Assembly: GCA_044223005.1 (NCBI GenBank)
Contig: JBGAML010000027.1
Location: 1 to 32,480 of the forward strand
Direction: 5' to 3'
Length of the DNA: 32,480 nt
Source of the DNA: Candidatus Eiseniibacteriota bacterium
GTDB lineage: Bacteria > Eisenbacteria > RBG-16-71-46
The translations under genes were made by a program, and so were the position numbers. The notes beneath the pieces are model-generated. The model was given only the letters and a program-made list of their open reading frames with translations. It made no database searches and was not told where the DNA came from. Positions within the stretch are counted from its first letter, which is position 1, and each line of letters starts with the position of its first letter. This document shows positions 31,630-32,480 of the stretch, one piece after another.

Positions 31630-32204
31630 AACTCGCGATCTTCGGCGTGCTGGCGTTCGTGCTCGGCCTGGGCGGCAGCACGGGAGTGATGGTGATGACG
31701 CACCCGGTGCGGCTCACGGCCGCCGACTCGGTCCTCATCGCGCACGCCGACACGACCCACGCCGTGCACCTGCCCGGCGCCGCCACGGCGGCCGCCACCG
31801 GCGAGCACGCCGCGGCTCCGGCCGTGCACGCACCGGCGCCCGCGGCCGAATCGACCGCGCACGCCGCTCCCGAGCACGCGGGCGGCGAGGCGGCGGCGAC
31901 GGCGGCGGCGAACCCGGCGGTGCCGCAGGTGAAGCCCGTCGAACCCGAGGGCGCGGTGCACGAAGGCCGCTCGGCGACGGTGCCGACGACCGAAACGTAC
32001 AAGCAGGTCGGCAACATCCTCCTCAACATGAAGCCGGCCGAAGCCGCGAAGATCGTCTCGTATCTTTCGGACGAACAGGTCGAAGGCCTGCTCCGCTCGA
32101 TGGCGCCGCGCCAGGCGGCGACGGTGCTCGGGCAGCTGCCGCCCGAACGGGCCGCCGCGCTCAGCAAGCGGCTGCTCGCGCCCGCGAAGGAGGTCCGTCC
32201 GTGA
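31626..32204 (+). CDS. MotE/YlxF/FlbB-like protein (N-terminal TM, MgtE_N-like helical C-terminus)
   Basis: NMKPAEAAKIV..LSDEQV..LL.SMAPRQAATVL.QLPPERAAAL; typical position after fliJ. Confidence 0.75.
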   Translation: MKLAIFGVLAFVLGLGGSTGVMVMTHPVRLTAADSVLIAHADTTHAVHLPGAATAAATGEHAAAPAVHAPAPAAESTAHAAPEHAGGEAAATAAANPAVPQVKPVEPEGAVHEGRSATVPTTETYKQVGNILLNMKPAEAAKIVSYLSDEQVEGLLRSMAPRQAATVLGQLPPERAAALSKRLLAPAKEVRP

Positions 32205-32480
32205 AGGCGCCTTCCCTCGGCATCCTGCCCGGCCTGCGCGCGGCGCCGCGCCCGGCGGCGACGTCGCGTGAATCCGGCCTCGGCGACGGCTTCGAGCTCG
32301 CGCTCGGTGCCGCGGCCGCGACCGCTCCCGCGCCCGCGCCCGAACGCCCGGCCGCGCCCGAGCGGCGGGAACACGACGACGAGCGCCCGGCGGCGGACGA
32401 CGCCGCGGGCGAGCGCATCGCCGAGCGCGATGCGAAGGACGACGACACCGGTGCCCACGCGCGTCCGACGGACGCGCCGG
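32201..32480 (+). CDS. Probable hook-length control protein FliK, N-terminus only (runs off the window)
   Basis: GTG at 32201 overlaps the previous stop, AAGGAGG RBS, open to the edge, low-complexity Ala/Pro/Asp sequence. Identity inferred from gene order only. Confidence 0.5.
   Translation, partial: MKAPSLGILPGLRAAPRPAATSRESGLGDGFELALGAAAATAPAPAPERPAAPERREHDDERPAADDAAGERIAERDAKDDDTGAHARPTDAP

Noticed and set aside
156..32458. Many long overlapping ORFs in alternative frames (e.g. 9377-11917 +, 15561-18119 +, 25955-28324 -, 7460-9229 -)
   Set aside because: Shadow ORFs expected at this GC content. They are Arg/Ala/Pro-rich, lack motifs and lie over well-supported genes.
1..32480. CRISPR array, rRNA, prophage or defence genes
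   Set aside because: No regularly spaced direct repeats or recognisable motifs seen; the periodicity at about 16600-17250 is protein-level HEAT repetition.

Overview
Very GC-rich bacterial window. The lineage is an inference: a secreted GH13 with a FlgD-Ig/T9SS-like C-terminal domain and a DUF4301 gene point to an FCB-adjacent group such as Ca. Eisenbacteria or a relative. Left part: the 3' end of an IS1-like transposase, aspartate kinase, tRNA-Gly(GCC), a folE / GT2 / TrxB-like trio with altered motifs, a membrane protein, a convergent partner-switching module (STAS versus REC-PP2C + RsbW-like kinase), DUF4301, a secreted GH13 and MsrB. Middle: a minus-strand cluster of FHA, HEAT-repeat Ser/Thr kinase, PilT, variant PilT and degenerate HD-GYP. 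Right part: a flagellar locus with cheY-like, flgM, flaF, flbT, two flagellins and flgL on the minus strand, and a sigma54 activator, flgB, flgC, a hypothetical gene, fliE-F-G-H-I-J, a MotE-like gene and a probable fliK start on the plus strand. Two patterns read directly from the sequence tie the signalling genes to motility. (1) A sigma28-like promoter motif, TCAAG-N14-16-[G/T/A]CCGA, lies upstream of both flagellins, flgM and flgL, and also upstream of the FHA-kinase-PilT cluster, the partner-switch genes and the membrane protein. (2) Nine proteins, eight in those sigma28-linked units plus the sigma54 activator, end in Ala-Ala, a ClpXP-type degron; no housekeeping or structural protein here does. 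The best candidate for an undescribed system is a flagellar-class, proteolytically resettable Ser/Thr-kinase / PilT / c-di-GMP module. All calls come from motif reading only; no searches were run.
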